A stretch of 64,000 nt of DNA from Lutibacter sp. (GCF_041562875.1 NZ_JBFFOE010000005.1:454-64453); one strand, 5' to 3'; positions 10,707 to 19,648 are shown, counted from the stretch's first letter. Notes: a model not told the origin generated them from the letters alone. Translations and numbers: made by a program.

Positions 10707-11885
10707 TTAATATTTAAATGTACCAAACTCGCTTTTAATCGTTAACTTTTTAGTTTTTGAAGCTTCTACCCTACCTATAATTTGCGCATCCACATTAAAA
10801 CTTTTTGAAATTTCAATTATATCACCCGCTATTTCTGGAGAAACATATAATTCCATTCTGTGGCCGCAGTTAAAAACCTGATACATTTCTTTCCAGTCGG
10901 TTTTAGACTGCTCTTGAATCAACTTAAATAGTGGTGGAATTGTAAACATATTATCTTTCACTATATGCAAATTATCTATAAAGTGAAGAATTTTGGTTTG
11001 TGCACCTCCGCTACAATGCACCATTCCATGAATTTCTTTTGAAGTAAATTTTTTAAGAATTTCTTTAATAATAGGTGCATATGTTCTTGTTGGAGAAAGC
11101 ACCAATTTACCTGCGTTTATAGGCGAATTTTTAACAGAATCCGTTAATTTAACATTTCCAGAATACACTAACTCTTGTGGAACTGCTGCATCAAAACTTT
11201 CTGGATATTTAGCAGCTAAATAGTTATGAAACACATCATGACGAGCAGATGTTAAGCCATTAGACCCCATTCCTCCATTATAATCCTTTTCATAGGTTGC
11301 TTGTCCAAAAGAAGCTAAACCAACAATTACATCGCCTGGCTTTATGTTTGCGTTATTAATAACATCTTTTCTTCTCATTCTAGCTGTAACTGTAGAATCA
11401 ACAATTATGGTTCTAACCAAATCGCCAACATCGGCAGTTTCTCCACCCGTTGAATGAATTTCTACGCCAAACTTTTTTAAATCTTGTAATAATTCTTCAG
11501 TACCATTTATAATTTCAGAAAGTACTTCTCCAGTAATTAAATTTTTATTTCTCCCAATTGTAGATGACAATAAAATGTTTTCTGTTGCCCCCACACAAAT
11601 TAAATCGTCAATATTCATAATTAATGCGTCTTGAGCTATTCCTTTCCAAACAGAAACATCACCTGTTTCTTTCCAATACATATACGCCAACGAAGATTTT
11701 GTACCTGCACCATCTGCATGCATGATTAAACAATAATCTTCATCATTTGTTAAATAATCAGGAACAATTTTACAAAATGCTTTAGGAAATAATCCTTTAT
11801 CTACATTCTTAATAGCATTATGTACATCTTCTTTTGAAGCTGAAACACCTCTTTGGCTATATCTTTTACTAATTTCTGAGCTCAT
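10707..11885 (-). CDS. purM: Phosphoribosylformylglycinamidine cyclo-ligase (AIR synthase), Bacteroidota type
   Basis: YSQRGVSASKEDVH, HADGAGTKS, GGETADVG, MGSNGLTSARH, VHCSGGAQ, FNCGHRME. Confidence 0.93.
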   Translation of the reverse strand: MSSEISKRYSQRGVSASKEDVHNAIKNVDKGLFPKAFCKIVPDYLTNDEDYCLIMHADGAGTKSSLAYMYWKETGDVSVWKGIAQDALIMNIDDLICVGATENILLSSTIGRNKNLITGEVLSEIINGTEELLQDLKKFGVEIHSTGGETADVGDLVRTIIVDSTVTARMRRKDVINNANIKPGDVIVGLASFGQATYEKDYNGGMGSNGLTSARHDVFHNYLAAKYPESFDAAVPQELVYSGNVKLTDSVKNSPINAGKLVLSPTRTYAPIIKEILKKFTSKEIHGMVHCSGGAQTKILHFIDNLHIVKDNMFTIPPLFKLIQEQSKTDWKEMYQVFNCGHRMELYVSPEIAGDIIEISKSFNVDAQIIGRVEASKTKKLTIKSEFGTFKY

Positions 11886-11940
11886 TTATGCTAAATTATA
11901 TTATTATGCAAAAGTAATTTTTCTTTTCTAATTAATGAAG

Positions 11941-11980
11941 TATAAAAAAACCGAATGAAATCTCATTCGGTTTTTTTATA
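11941..11980. terminator. Intrinsic terminator ending the curli operon
   Basis: Perfect 18-bp inverted repeat TATAAAAAAACCGAATGA-aatc-TCATTCGGTTTTTTTATA. Confidence 0.9.
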
Positions 11981-11993
11981 CTTCATTAACAAA

Positions 11994-13499
11994 TTATTCC
12001 CAATCAGGCATTATTGAATCTCTAAATAATTCTAATCTATCATTATTACCCGCTATACTCATTTTATAAATTGATTTAGTAGAAATACCATCATTTGAAG
12101 TATTTACAAAAATTACTTCTGCTTCATTTGGTGAAAATCTAGGATCTAAATCATTAGTTCCTGCCGTTTTATTTAACGAAATATCTGTTGCTTCATCAGC
12201 AACAAAATCATATACAAAAATATGAGTGTCCAATTGTCTGTTATCCGCATTTTCATATTCTGAAATATCATACGTGTACATTAACAATTTATTATCAACA
12301 GAAATATTAAGCCCTCCAGCTGCTCCATTAACTCCTGATAAAATAGTTGTTAATGTAGTTCCTTCCATATTAATAGTATAAATAGAAACATTAAAACCTG
12401 TTACATCATTTGTTTTTAGTGCTATTATACTTTCATCATTACTCCAGTCACATTCAGTTATAAAACTTCCATCAGTTGTTTGATAAATTTGTTGAAGACC
12501 GCTTCCATCTTTATTAATAATATATAATTTATCATAGTGCGAATACAACAATCTATCACCATTAGATGACCAAGAGAAATCTATTTCATTAAAATTAAAT
12601 CCAGTAACAGATACACCTGAAGTTACTTGAGAAACATTTGAACCATCTTGTTTCATGGTAAATAAATGGGTTTCATTATTATATATACGTAAGAAAGCAA
12701 TTAAATCAGATGCTTGATTTTTTCTTGGTCTCCAACTATTTTGATCATCCGTTGTTAATTGAACCTCATTTTCAGTTAAATTTGTTGTTTCATTATAATT
12801 TGCAGAATAAATTACATTGTTATTATTTGCGCTTTTTTGAACATAAAAATATCTATTCCCAGAGTTTATTTTAGTTTTAAAAGAGTTTACTAAACTTAAA
12901 ACTTCTGGATTTATATTATCTGTAGCAGCAACTTGCCAAAAGTATTTAACACCATATTTTAAATCTGATACAACATAAGTTGTGTCTATAAGATCTTCAA
13001 CCTTAATAATATCGTTATTAATATCATTTTTAAGCTCCAATCTATATGTTATTTCGTCAGATTCAGGATCTTTTGATGACCATATTAATTCTACAGAAAT
13101 CTCTTGATCTTCAATACCATCAATTGGAGTCAACAAAATTGGAGTTGATGGCGGTCTATTTAGAGCTGTTTCATCCTCCATTTCAAAAATCACATTAACC
13201 TCTAAATTCATTGTAACAGTTGCAGGCTCAAACGAAGTTAAGTAATTTTCTTTGGTAGCACTCACAGAATAATCGCCAGCTTCAACATCATGTATACTAA
13301 AATAACCCTCAATATCAGAAAATACAGTGTTATTAGATGGAGACAGTGTTATTTTAGCATTTTCAATAGGGTTAAAACTATTTGCTTCCACTACCCTACC
13401 TGTAATAGTTCCTAATCCTACTAAATCTACAGTATCTTCATTACAGCTTAAAAATAAACTTAATACAAATACCAATACTATATTAAATGTTCTTTTCAT
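11994..13499 (-). CDS. Curli-locus lipoprotein: carboxypeptidase-regulatory-like domain, FN3-like domain and TolB/PD40-like beta-propeller
   Basis: Lipobox LFLSC. GTITGRVVEA..SDIEGYF is a CarboxypepD_reg-like domain. YGVKYFWQVAATD is FN3-like. Repeated PRKN/FSWSSNG/CDWSND/PRFSPNE blades follow. Confidence 0.8.
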   Translation of the reverse strand: MKRTFNIVLVFVLSLFLSCNEDTVDLVGLGTITGRVVEANSFNPIENAKITLSPSNNTVFSDIEGYFSIHDVEAGDYSVSATKENYLTSFEPATVTMNLEVNVIFEMEDETALNRPPSTPILLTPIDGIEDQEISVELIWSSKDPESDEITYRLELKNDINNDIIKVEDLIDTTYVVSDLKYGVKYFWQVAATDNINPEVLSLVNSFKTKINSGNRYFYVQKSANNNNVIYSANYNETTNLTENEVQLTTDDQNSWRPRKNQASDLIAFLRIYNNETHLFTMKQDGSNVSQVTSGVSVTGFNFNEIDFSWSSNGDRLLYSHYDKLYIINKDGSGLQQIYQTTDGSFITECDWSNDESIIALKTNDVTGFNVSIYTINMEGTTLTTILSGVNGAAGGLNISVDNKLLMYTYDISEYENADNRQLDTHIFVYDFVADEATDISLNKTAGTNDLDPRFSPNEAEVIFVNTSNDGISTKSIYKMSIAGNNDRLELFRDSIMPDWE

Positions 13500-13513
13500 T
13501 TTGATTTTTTTAA

Positions 13514-14908
13514 CTATTCAAAAAATTTCGCTTTTACACTTTTATATGGCTTTCCAATATAAATATTCAACCCAACTCCAAATCTCCAGAAATAATCATT
13601 TCTTTTCCCATTAACCAACAAATCTAATTTATCATTAAACATTAAATTTTGTTCGCCAAAAATTTTAATTCCAATATTATTAACGGGTAAATATTCTAAA
13701 CCTAAACCATATTGAAATTTTGTATACAACTTAATATCGCGTGGATTTGGAATAGCAACACCTAAACCTGCATATATAAATGGGGAGAAACTATCATAAG
13801 GCAGTAAATTATATTCAAAATTTGTGTCTAAAGACACAAATCCTTCTTTAAATACTTGTTCATTTTCCAATCTGAAATATCCCATTCCTAAATTTAAACT
13901 AAGATTTGGGTTTTTTAAAAAAATCTTTATCGACGAATTTATTGCTATTCCTTCTTTAGGATTTGAATAATCACCATCAATAAGTGCGGTACCCCCAGAA
14001 ATACTTAATCCAAACTTACCTCTTCTATCTTCTAATTTTCTATCTAATAGCGCTGTTGATTCTAACTCTTCTTTTTCAATTAAATATTTTTCTTTTACTA
14101 ATTTAATTGTTTCTTCGCCTCCTTTTGGAACCCATAGGCCATCAATAATACCTTCAACAATTAAAACTTCAACTGCTTTATCAATTGCTTCTTTAACTGC
14201 CAATTGAGCTGGCTCATTTTTAGTAACACCTGTTTCTACTTCTAATAACCTTTTTATGTCTACATATCTAAACAAATTAGCTGAAATACCTTGCGATAAA
14301 ATAGTTTTTGAAACATATACATTTTTTAATATTCTACCACTTGAAGTTGAAACAGCTCTCAAATAAATTGTTATTCTATCTTGTCTATATTCTGTAGAAC
14401 CACCAACTCCAAAGTACCTAGCCCCAGAACCTCCAGTAATTATATTTGAATCATACGAAACAACTCCACCCTCTAATATTATTCCTGCAAACAATAATGG
14501 AGGTATTGAAGTAGTTTGATCTTCATTTGCATCTTTAGCATATTCTTGGCGAGTTGACCTTATTATTTGCCTTTCATTTAATAAGTTTCCAATATTTTCT
14601 CTCTCAATGGGTTTAAACCATTTAGATTCTTCTAAAGATTTTAATAATATTGAAGTCCCTCCTTGAGTAACTGCAGTACTGAATGTTGAACCATTTTCAA
14701 CTAATTTATATTGCCCCGTTTGATCTCTAAACTTATAAACACCAACAATTGTTTCATTTAATGGCAGTATGGTATCTAATATACTTTTTCTTGATGTGTT
14801 TTCTCCTATTCTGGCTTTACTCGCATTAAAAGGCTGATTAAAATAAGCCCCACAGCTTGTTAATACTAATAAAATAGAACAAATAATAAATTTGAAAAAC
14901 TTTCTCAT
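13514..14908 (-). CDS. csgG: Curli secretion channel CsgG with an additional C-terminal outer-membrane beta-barrel domain
   Basis: Lipobox LVLTSC and CsgG motifs GVYKFRDQTGQYK, STAVTQGG, IERENIGNLLNERQII, EGGVVSYDSN, YRQDRITIYLRAVS. About 160 extra aa carry OmpA-type strands (SPFIYAGLG, FQYGLGLEY, RFGVGLNIYIG). Confidence 0.93.
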   Translation of the reverse strand: MRKFFKFIICSILLVLTSCGAYFNQPFNASKARIGENTSRKSILDTILPLNETIVGVYKFRDQTGQYKLVENGSTFSTAVTQGGTSILLKSLEESKWFKPIERENIGNLLNERQIIRSTRQEYAKDANEDQTTSIPPLLFAGIILEGGVVSYDSNIITGGSGARYFGVGGSTEYRQDRITIYLRAVSTSSGRILKNVYVSKTILSQGISANLFRYVDIKRLLEVETGVTKNEPAQLAVKEAIDKAVEVLIVEGIIDGLWVPKGGEETIKLVKEKYLIEKEELESTALLDRKLEDRRGKFGLSISGGTALIDGDYSNPKEGIAINSSIKIFLKNPNLSLNLGMGYFRLENEQVFKEGFVSLDTNFEYNLLPYDSFSPFIYAGLGVAIPNPRDIKLYTKFQYGLGLEYLPVNNIGIKIFGEQNLMFNDKLDLLVNGKRNDYFWRFGVGLNIYIGKPYKSVKAKFFE

Positions 14909-14928
14909 AGATTATAGATTTGTTATAT

Positions 14929-15339
14929 TTAATTTGGTATTATTATTTGAGTCTGTTCGCCCGTTGTAGTATCTAAAATATTAACAGATAAGCCATTACT
15001 TGAAGGGGTGATTTCTACAACCAAAGAGCCAAAAACAAAAGTACCAACAGACAACCCTTCGTCTCCAAATTGTTGTTGAAACAAATCTTGTGATAATGAA
15101 TTTAACAACTGTCTATTTAAACTTTCTGTAAAATTCTCTAAATCTGTTGCTTGAGTGAAATCAAATCCTGAATCTTCTTCAAAACTATTTTGGGCATTAG
15201 CCGAAGCCAACAACTGCTGATAATTAAAAGTGTCTCCACCAAAAAAAGGGTTAATTGGCTTATAAACAATATTTTGAGAAAAAACAAAACTAGAAAAACA
15301 AACAAATAGTACGGTAATTATTAATTTTAACTTTTTCAT
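14929..15339 (-). CDS. csgF: Curli assembly protein CsgF
   Basis: Signal peptide followed by the hallmark VYKPINPFFGGDTFNYQQLLASANAQN. Confidence 0.93.
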   Translation of the reverse strand: MKKLKLIITVLFVCFSSFVFSQNIVYKPINPFFGGDTFNYQQLLASANAQNSFEEDSGFDFTQATDLENFTESLNRQLLNSLSQDLFQQQFGDEGLSVGTFVFGSLVVEITPSSNGLSVNILDTTTGEQTQIIIPN

Positions 15340-15360
15340 ACTTAAATTTACTAAAATATT

Positions 15361-16089
15361 TTATATTCTACTATTTTTAAATAACATTTTTCGTTGCTTA
15401 GAATATTGGCTTAAATTCTGTAAAGAAATTTTAACATTCGATTTTAAAAACTCTTCATCAGGTTTTGATATAAATTCAAATAACACTCTATCATCAACCT
15501 TAACTGATATAATACTACTAGTCCCAAAATATGGTTTTTCTGCAATGGTAATAATAAAAGGATATTGTGTTCCTGAAGTTAAATATTCCTGATAAAAATA
15601 GTCGTGAAAATCTTTACCAATTTTTGTAAGTACTTCATCTATAACAATACCTTTTAACACAAAATCGGCTTCTTTTACTATTTTTTTTTGTGCTTGCTGT
15701 TGTTTTTGAGGGAGTATGTATATTGAATCTTTTGAAACTAATATATTTTCATGTTTTACAAATAAATAAATACGCAAATCTTCATCTTCATTTAAATTTA
15801 AACGAATTTCAGAAACAGTTTTACTTTCTTCAGGATTTAAAGAGAATTCGCCTTCTTGTTTATTACTAGAATAATTTCCTGAAGCATTTTTTTTTAAGGC
15901 TACTAAATTGTAGTATAAATTATTTTTAAAAAGTGGTTCTTCATTTTCAATCTGAGCTCTTATTAAAATTAAATTATCAGATTCCTGAATATTAATTTTA
16001 CCTTTAACAGCTTCATTTAATTGTGAATACACTTGGTTAAAACTCAACAACAAACAACATAAAACAATATGTATTTTCAGTTGGCTCAT
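15361..16089 (-). CDS. csgE: Curli assembly protein CsgE with an N-terminal CsgH-like domain
   Basis: C-terminal GIVIDEVLTKIGKDFHDYFY..ITIAEKP is CsgE-like. The N-terminal beta-rich domain has KKNASGNYSSNKQEGEFSLNPEE. It sits between csgB and csgF. Confidence 0.8.
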   Translation of the reverse strand: MSQLKIHIVLCCLLLSFNQVYSQLNEAVKGKINIQESDNLILIRAQIENEEPLFKNNLYYNLVALKKNASGNYSSNKQEGEFSLNPEESKTVSEIRLNLNEDEDLRIYLFVKHENILVSKDSIYILPQKQQQAQKKIVKEADFVLKGIVIDEVLTKIGKDFHDYFYQEYLTSGTQYPFIITIAEKPYFGTSSIISVKVDDRVLFEFISKPDEEFLKSNVKISLQNLSQYSKQRKMLFKNSRI

Positions 16090-16092
16090 AGC

Positions 16093-16545
16093 CTAATAAT
16101 TCTTTATAATTAAGGTTTTAAAATCTGATTTTTGAACAATACTAATATTATTAATGATTGAATTCTCTCCATAAATTAGAAGATTATTTGAATTACCTTG
16201 TTGAACTATATTAAAATTGGAAGATGTATTATTGTAATAGTTGATAAAATTGTAATAATTGCTATTTCCTAATTGATTAACCGTTTGAGAATCTGCAACA
16301 TTTTGTTTAATATCAATTTGATTGTTATTCCCTATTTGGTTTAAAGTAACAGAATTACTTTGGGCTTGTTTATTATTTATTGGAAGTGCAACATTGCTTT
16401 CAAGCCAAGAAGACTCTTTATTTAATTGAAAGTATTGATTTATAATGTGCGTATTTTCATCTGTAATTTCCTGAGCATTTCCAGTAAAGAAAGTTAAATT
16501 GAACAGTATAGAAAGTATAACTAATAGTATATGAGGATTTTTCAT
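16093..16545 (-). CDS. csgB: Minor curlin / nucleator (CsgB-like) 1
   Basis: Signal peptide, short curlin repeats (LNQIGNNN, VNQLGNSN, IVQQGNSN) and a basic final repeat QKSDFKTLIIKNY. Confidence 0.75.
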   Translation of the reverse strand: MKNPHILLVILSILFNLTFFTGNAQEITDENTHIINQYFQLNKESSWLESNVALPINNKQAQSNSVTLNQIGNNNQIDIKQNVADSQTVNQLGNSNYYNFINYYNNTSSNFNIVQQGNSNNLLIYGENSIINNISIVQKSDFKTLIIKNY

Positions 16546-16571
16546 AGTTTTAATGATTTTTCATATGATAT

Positions 16572-16579
16572 CAAATTTA
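16572..16579 (-). promoter_or_regulatory. Bacteroidota -7 promoter box for csgB1-csgE-csgF-csgG-lipoprotein
   Basis: TAAATTTG on the minus strand matches TAnnTTTG, 27 nt upstream of the csgB1 ATG. Confidence 0.5.
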
Positions 16580-16581
16580 AG

Positions 16582-16610
16582 AAAAAAGAGGGAATTATCC
16601 CCTCTTTTTT
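16582..16610 (-). terminator. Intrinsic terminator after curlin 1
   Basis: AAAAAAGAGGG-aattatc-CCCTCTTTTTT. Confidence 0.85.
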
Positions 16611-16695
16611 TGTAATAAATTGTTGCTTAAATGTTTAACTAATTTTAAACAGCCAAATTTTAAATTAATACTCTAAATAATATTTGTTAAAAATA

Positions 16696-17637
16696 CTATT
16701 GAATACCCAAACTATTTTGTTGCACACAAGCTGTATTATAATTACCCATTTGATTAACTGTACTATAATTCCCTGCAGAACCAACACTATTAGCAGTTTG
16801 CTCAGTATAAGAAGCGTTACCCATACCATTTTGATAAACATCACTCACATTCCAACCTGTTGTCCCTTCGGTTTGAGTTAAACAATTCTTGTTATTTGTT
16901 CCATCTTGGTAAACAGTAGAAATATTTGTTGAACCGAATAATCCAATAGCATATGATCCAGCATTTTGCGTTTCAGAAGATGTATTTCCAGATCCATATT
17001 GAGTAGTAGTTGCTCTATTTAAACTTCCATTTTGTGTTTGGTTAACTGCATTATTATCTCCGTCTTGGTATATATATGCGGTACTTCCAGAGGCTCCATC
17101 ATTAGGCCCTGACGATTGATACTGAATAGCATCATTATTATCACCAACTTGAATTGTATGCGCCGAATTATTATCATAAAACTGAGTTTGTGAAGATCCG
17201 TTACCTAAACCTACTTGAGTAACTCTAGCCCAGTTGCTTTCGGCATAACCAGCACCAACTAATTGTTTTGCATAGTTTGAACTTCCAGATTGCCAAACAA
17301 TACTTATGTTAGAATCTCCAAATTGTTCAACATCAGAAACGTTATTATTACCATCTTGGTGAATCCAAGATTGATTATAAGACCCTCCATAACCAAATTG
17401 ATCGTCAGCACCATCTTGATTTACATTACTTAAATTTCCTGTACCGTATTGTAAAACACTTGCGAAATTCCCTTCACCATCTTGGCCGATGCCACTTACA
17501 TTATCACTTCCTTCATGATATTGCATGTCTACTTGTTGTACTTCACAATCATTGCAAGGAGCCCAACCACCTTGTGCAAATAAAGAACTTGAAGCAAATA
17601 AAAATGCTACACCTAAAAATAAATTTAATTTTTTCAT
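16696..17637 (-). CDS. csgA: Major curlin (CsgA-like) paralogue 1, 313 aa, acidic
   Basis: Signal peptide, then about 11 curlin repeats (Q-x-G-x-x-N-x-S/A-x-V-x-Q). No T9SS C-terminal domain. Confidence 0.88.
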   Translation of the reverse strand: MKKLNLFLGVAFLFASSSLFAQGGWAPCNDCEVQQVDMQYHEGSDNVSGIGQDGEGNFASVLQYGTGNLSNVNQDGADDQFGYGGSYNQSWIHQDGNNNVSDVEQFGDSNISIVWQSGSSNYAKQLVGAGYAESNWARVTQVGLGNGSSQTQFYDNNSAHTIQVGDNNDAIQYQSSGPNDGASGSTAYIYQDGDNNAVNQTQNGSLNRATTTQYGSGNTSSETQNAGSYAIGLFGSTNISTVYQDGTNNKNCLTQTEGTTGWNVSDVYQNGMGNASYTEQTANSVGSAGNYSTVNQMGNYNTACVQQNSLGIQ

Positions 17638-17861
17638 AATAATAAAATTTTAAACGTTAGTAAATTTGTAAATAATAATTAAATTTCATAAAAATTTATA
17701 GGGGACTATAACTACTTTAAAAATATGTACAAATACATATGAATGAATGTCTCTATAAACTTCTTACTTGGGGTGTAAAATTTTGTGGGGTGTAAAAATT
17801 AATTTTAATTTATTTTAGAACAAATAAAATATATAGTACTCTACACTTATTTAGTATGGGT

Positions 17862-17916
17862 CTAAATTAAATATAAAAACCTTAATTTCAATATATTAAT
17901 TATTGAAATTTGCAAA
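17862..17916 (-). promoter_or_regulatory. Curlin 1 promoter: TAATTTAG -7-like box plus upstream TTTGCAAA palindrome
   Basis: The same two elements at identical spacing precede all three curlins. Confidence 0.6.
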
Positions 17917-18056
17917 ACGTAATATTTATTTAATGAACAGTATGTAATATCACTTTAGTTACATAAAACACATTTTAAGTTAAATAAAAGACTAATTCAC
18001 CTTAAATTACTTTCTTTTTAGCTGTAATTTATTAACTTATTTTTAGAAATTGAAAA

Positions 18057-18078
18057 GCTATAACAATGAAGTTATAGC
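18057..18078 (-). terminator. Terminator after CsgB-like 2
   Basis: GCTATAAC-aatgaa-GTTATAGC, followed on the minus strand by TTTT. Confidence 0.6.
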
Positions 18079-18130
18079 AGCAGAAAGAGATATACAAGAA
18101 TGTATTGATTTATTAATACTGATTTTATAA

Positions 18131-18580
18131 TTAGTAATTTTTAATAATTAAGGTTTTAAAATCAGATTTTTGAATAATGCTAATATTATTAATTATTGAG
18201 TTTTCTCCATAAATTTGTAGATTATTAGCATTTCCCTGTTGAATGATATTAAAATTGGAAGGTGTATTATTGTAATAATTAATAAAATTGTAATAATTGT
18301 TATTCCCTAATTGACTAACTGTTTGAGAGTCTGCCACATTTTGTTTAATATCAATTTCATTGTTATTACCTATTTGGTTTAAAGTAATAAAATTACTTTG
18401 CTCTTGTTTATTATTATTTGTAGTTGGAGTTCTTTTATTTTCAAGTAAAGCAGATTCATTATTCAATTGAAAATATTGATTTATAATATAGGTATTTTCA
18501 TCTGTTTGTTGAGCATTACTATTAAAAGAAGTTAAATTAAATAGAAGTAATAAAATAAACATAAAGTAAGAAGTTTTCAT
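18131..18580 (-). CDS. csgB: Minor curlin / nucleator (CsgB-like) 2
   Basis: Close paralogue of 16093-16545. The two share QYFQLN, IDIKQNVADSQTV, NYYNFINYYNNT and QKSDFKTLIIKNY. Confidence 0.75.
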   Translation of the reverse strand: MKTSYFMFILLLLFNLTSFNSNAQQTDENTYIINQYFQLNNESALLENKRTPTTNNNKQEQSNFITLNQIGNNNEIDIKQNVADSQTVSQLGNNNYYNFINYYNNTPSNFNIIQQGNANNLQIYGENSIINNISIIQKSDFKTLIIKNY

Positions 18581-18613
18581 GATATTTAGAATTTTTATTT
18601 TATTTTTAAAAAT

Positions 18614-18647
18614 AAAAAAGGGAAGAGAAGAATTCTCTCCCCTTTTT
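18614..18647 (-). terminator. Intrinsic terminator after curlin 2
   Basis: AAAAAAGGGAAGAGA-agaat-TCTCTCCCCTTTTT imperfect hairpin with a T-tract on the minus strand. Confidence 0.75.
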
Positions 18648-18667
18648 ATTAAATAATTTACAAATAC

Positions 18668-19648
18668 CTAGAAAGGCATAAAAGCAGTAGATTGAGTTAC
18701 CAAAGCATGGTTACCCATACCAACTTGATCAACAAAACTTGTGTTCATACCACCCCAAAAAGCATCTTGAGTTACACAGGCACTATTAAAAACACCTAAT
18801 TGACTAATAGTTGAAGCGTTCATTCCCATAAAACCTGCATCTTGATTTACATCTGCGAAATTATAACTTCCAACTTGAGATATGTTACTAATGTTTGTTC
18901 CTCCAAAGGCATCTTGAGTTACACAAGCCAAATTATATCCACCAAAAAATCCTCCAATTTGATTAATAAATGAAGTATTCATACCCCATCCATAAGTAGC
19001 TTGATCACTAACTGCAGTATTTCCCCAACCAGTTTGATAAGAAGTTGCAAAATTTGCACCTCCTACTTGATCTTGTTTTGACTCGTTGTCAATTCCCATT
19101 TGAACTATAGAAGCATAATTAGGAATTGGCATAAACCAATAAGAAGGATTAAACTGATTTTGTTCTGCATAGTTACCATTACCAACTTGCATCACAGTTG
19201 CATTGTTTAAATAACCGTTTTGAGTTTGGAAAGATAAATTTCCAATTCCAGATTGAGTTGCAAGTGCAGAGTTATACCCTGTTCCCCAAGGAATAAGATT
19301 TCCACTTACTTGTTTTGCAAAATTAAAAGAACCTGTTTGGTTAATTACGCCAAAATCCATAAATCCATGTTGTTCAGTAATGGCAGTATTTCCATTACCT
19401 ATTTGATTTACATAAGCATTTTCAAATCCAAATTGAGTCACCCTTGAATAGTTTCCTAAACCAACTTGATGAACCTCAGCATCATTATATCCATAAATCT
19501 GATCAACAATACTTAAATTTCCAAATGGCATTCCATATTCTGGACTCAATTGCTGAATTGAACAACCATCACATGTTTGTTGTTGTATTTGTGAAAACAA
19601 CATACTTGTAGCGAATAATAGCGCTACAGCTAATAATAATTTTTTCAT
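18668..19648 (-). CDS. csgA: Major curlin (CsgA-like) paralogue 2, rich in aromatic residues, Gly and Met
   Basis: ATG 19648 (MKKLLL..) has the same start context as the other two curlins. About 12 curlin repeats. Confidence 0.88.
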   Translation of the reverse strand: MKKLLLAVALLFATSMLFSQIQQQTCDGCSIQQLSPEYGMPFGNLSIVDQIYGYNDAEVHQVGLGNYSRVTQFGFENAYVNQIGNGNTAITEQHGFMDFGVINQTGSFNFAKQVSGNLIPWGTGYNSALATQSGIGNLSFQTQNGYLNNATVMQVGNGNYAEQNQFNPSYWFMPIPNYASIVQMGIDNESKQDQVGGANFATSYQTGWGNTAVSDQATYGWGMNTSFINQIGGFFGGYNLACVTQDAFGGTNISNISQVGSYNFADVNQDAGFMGMNASTISQLGVFNSACVTQDAFWGGMNTSFVDQVGMGNHALVTQSTAFMPF

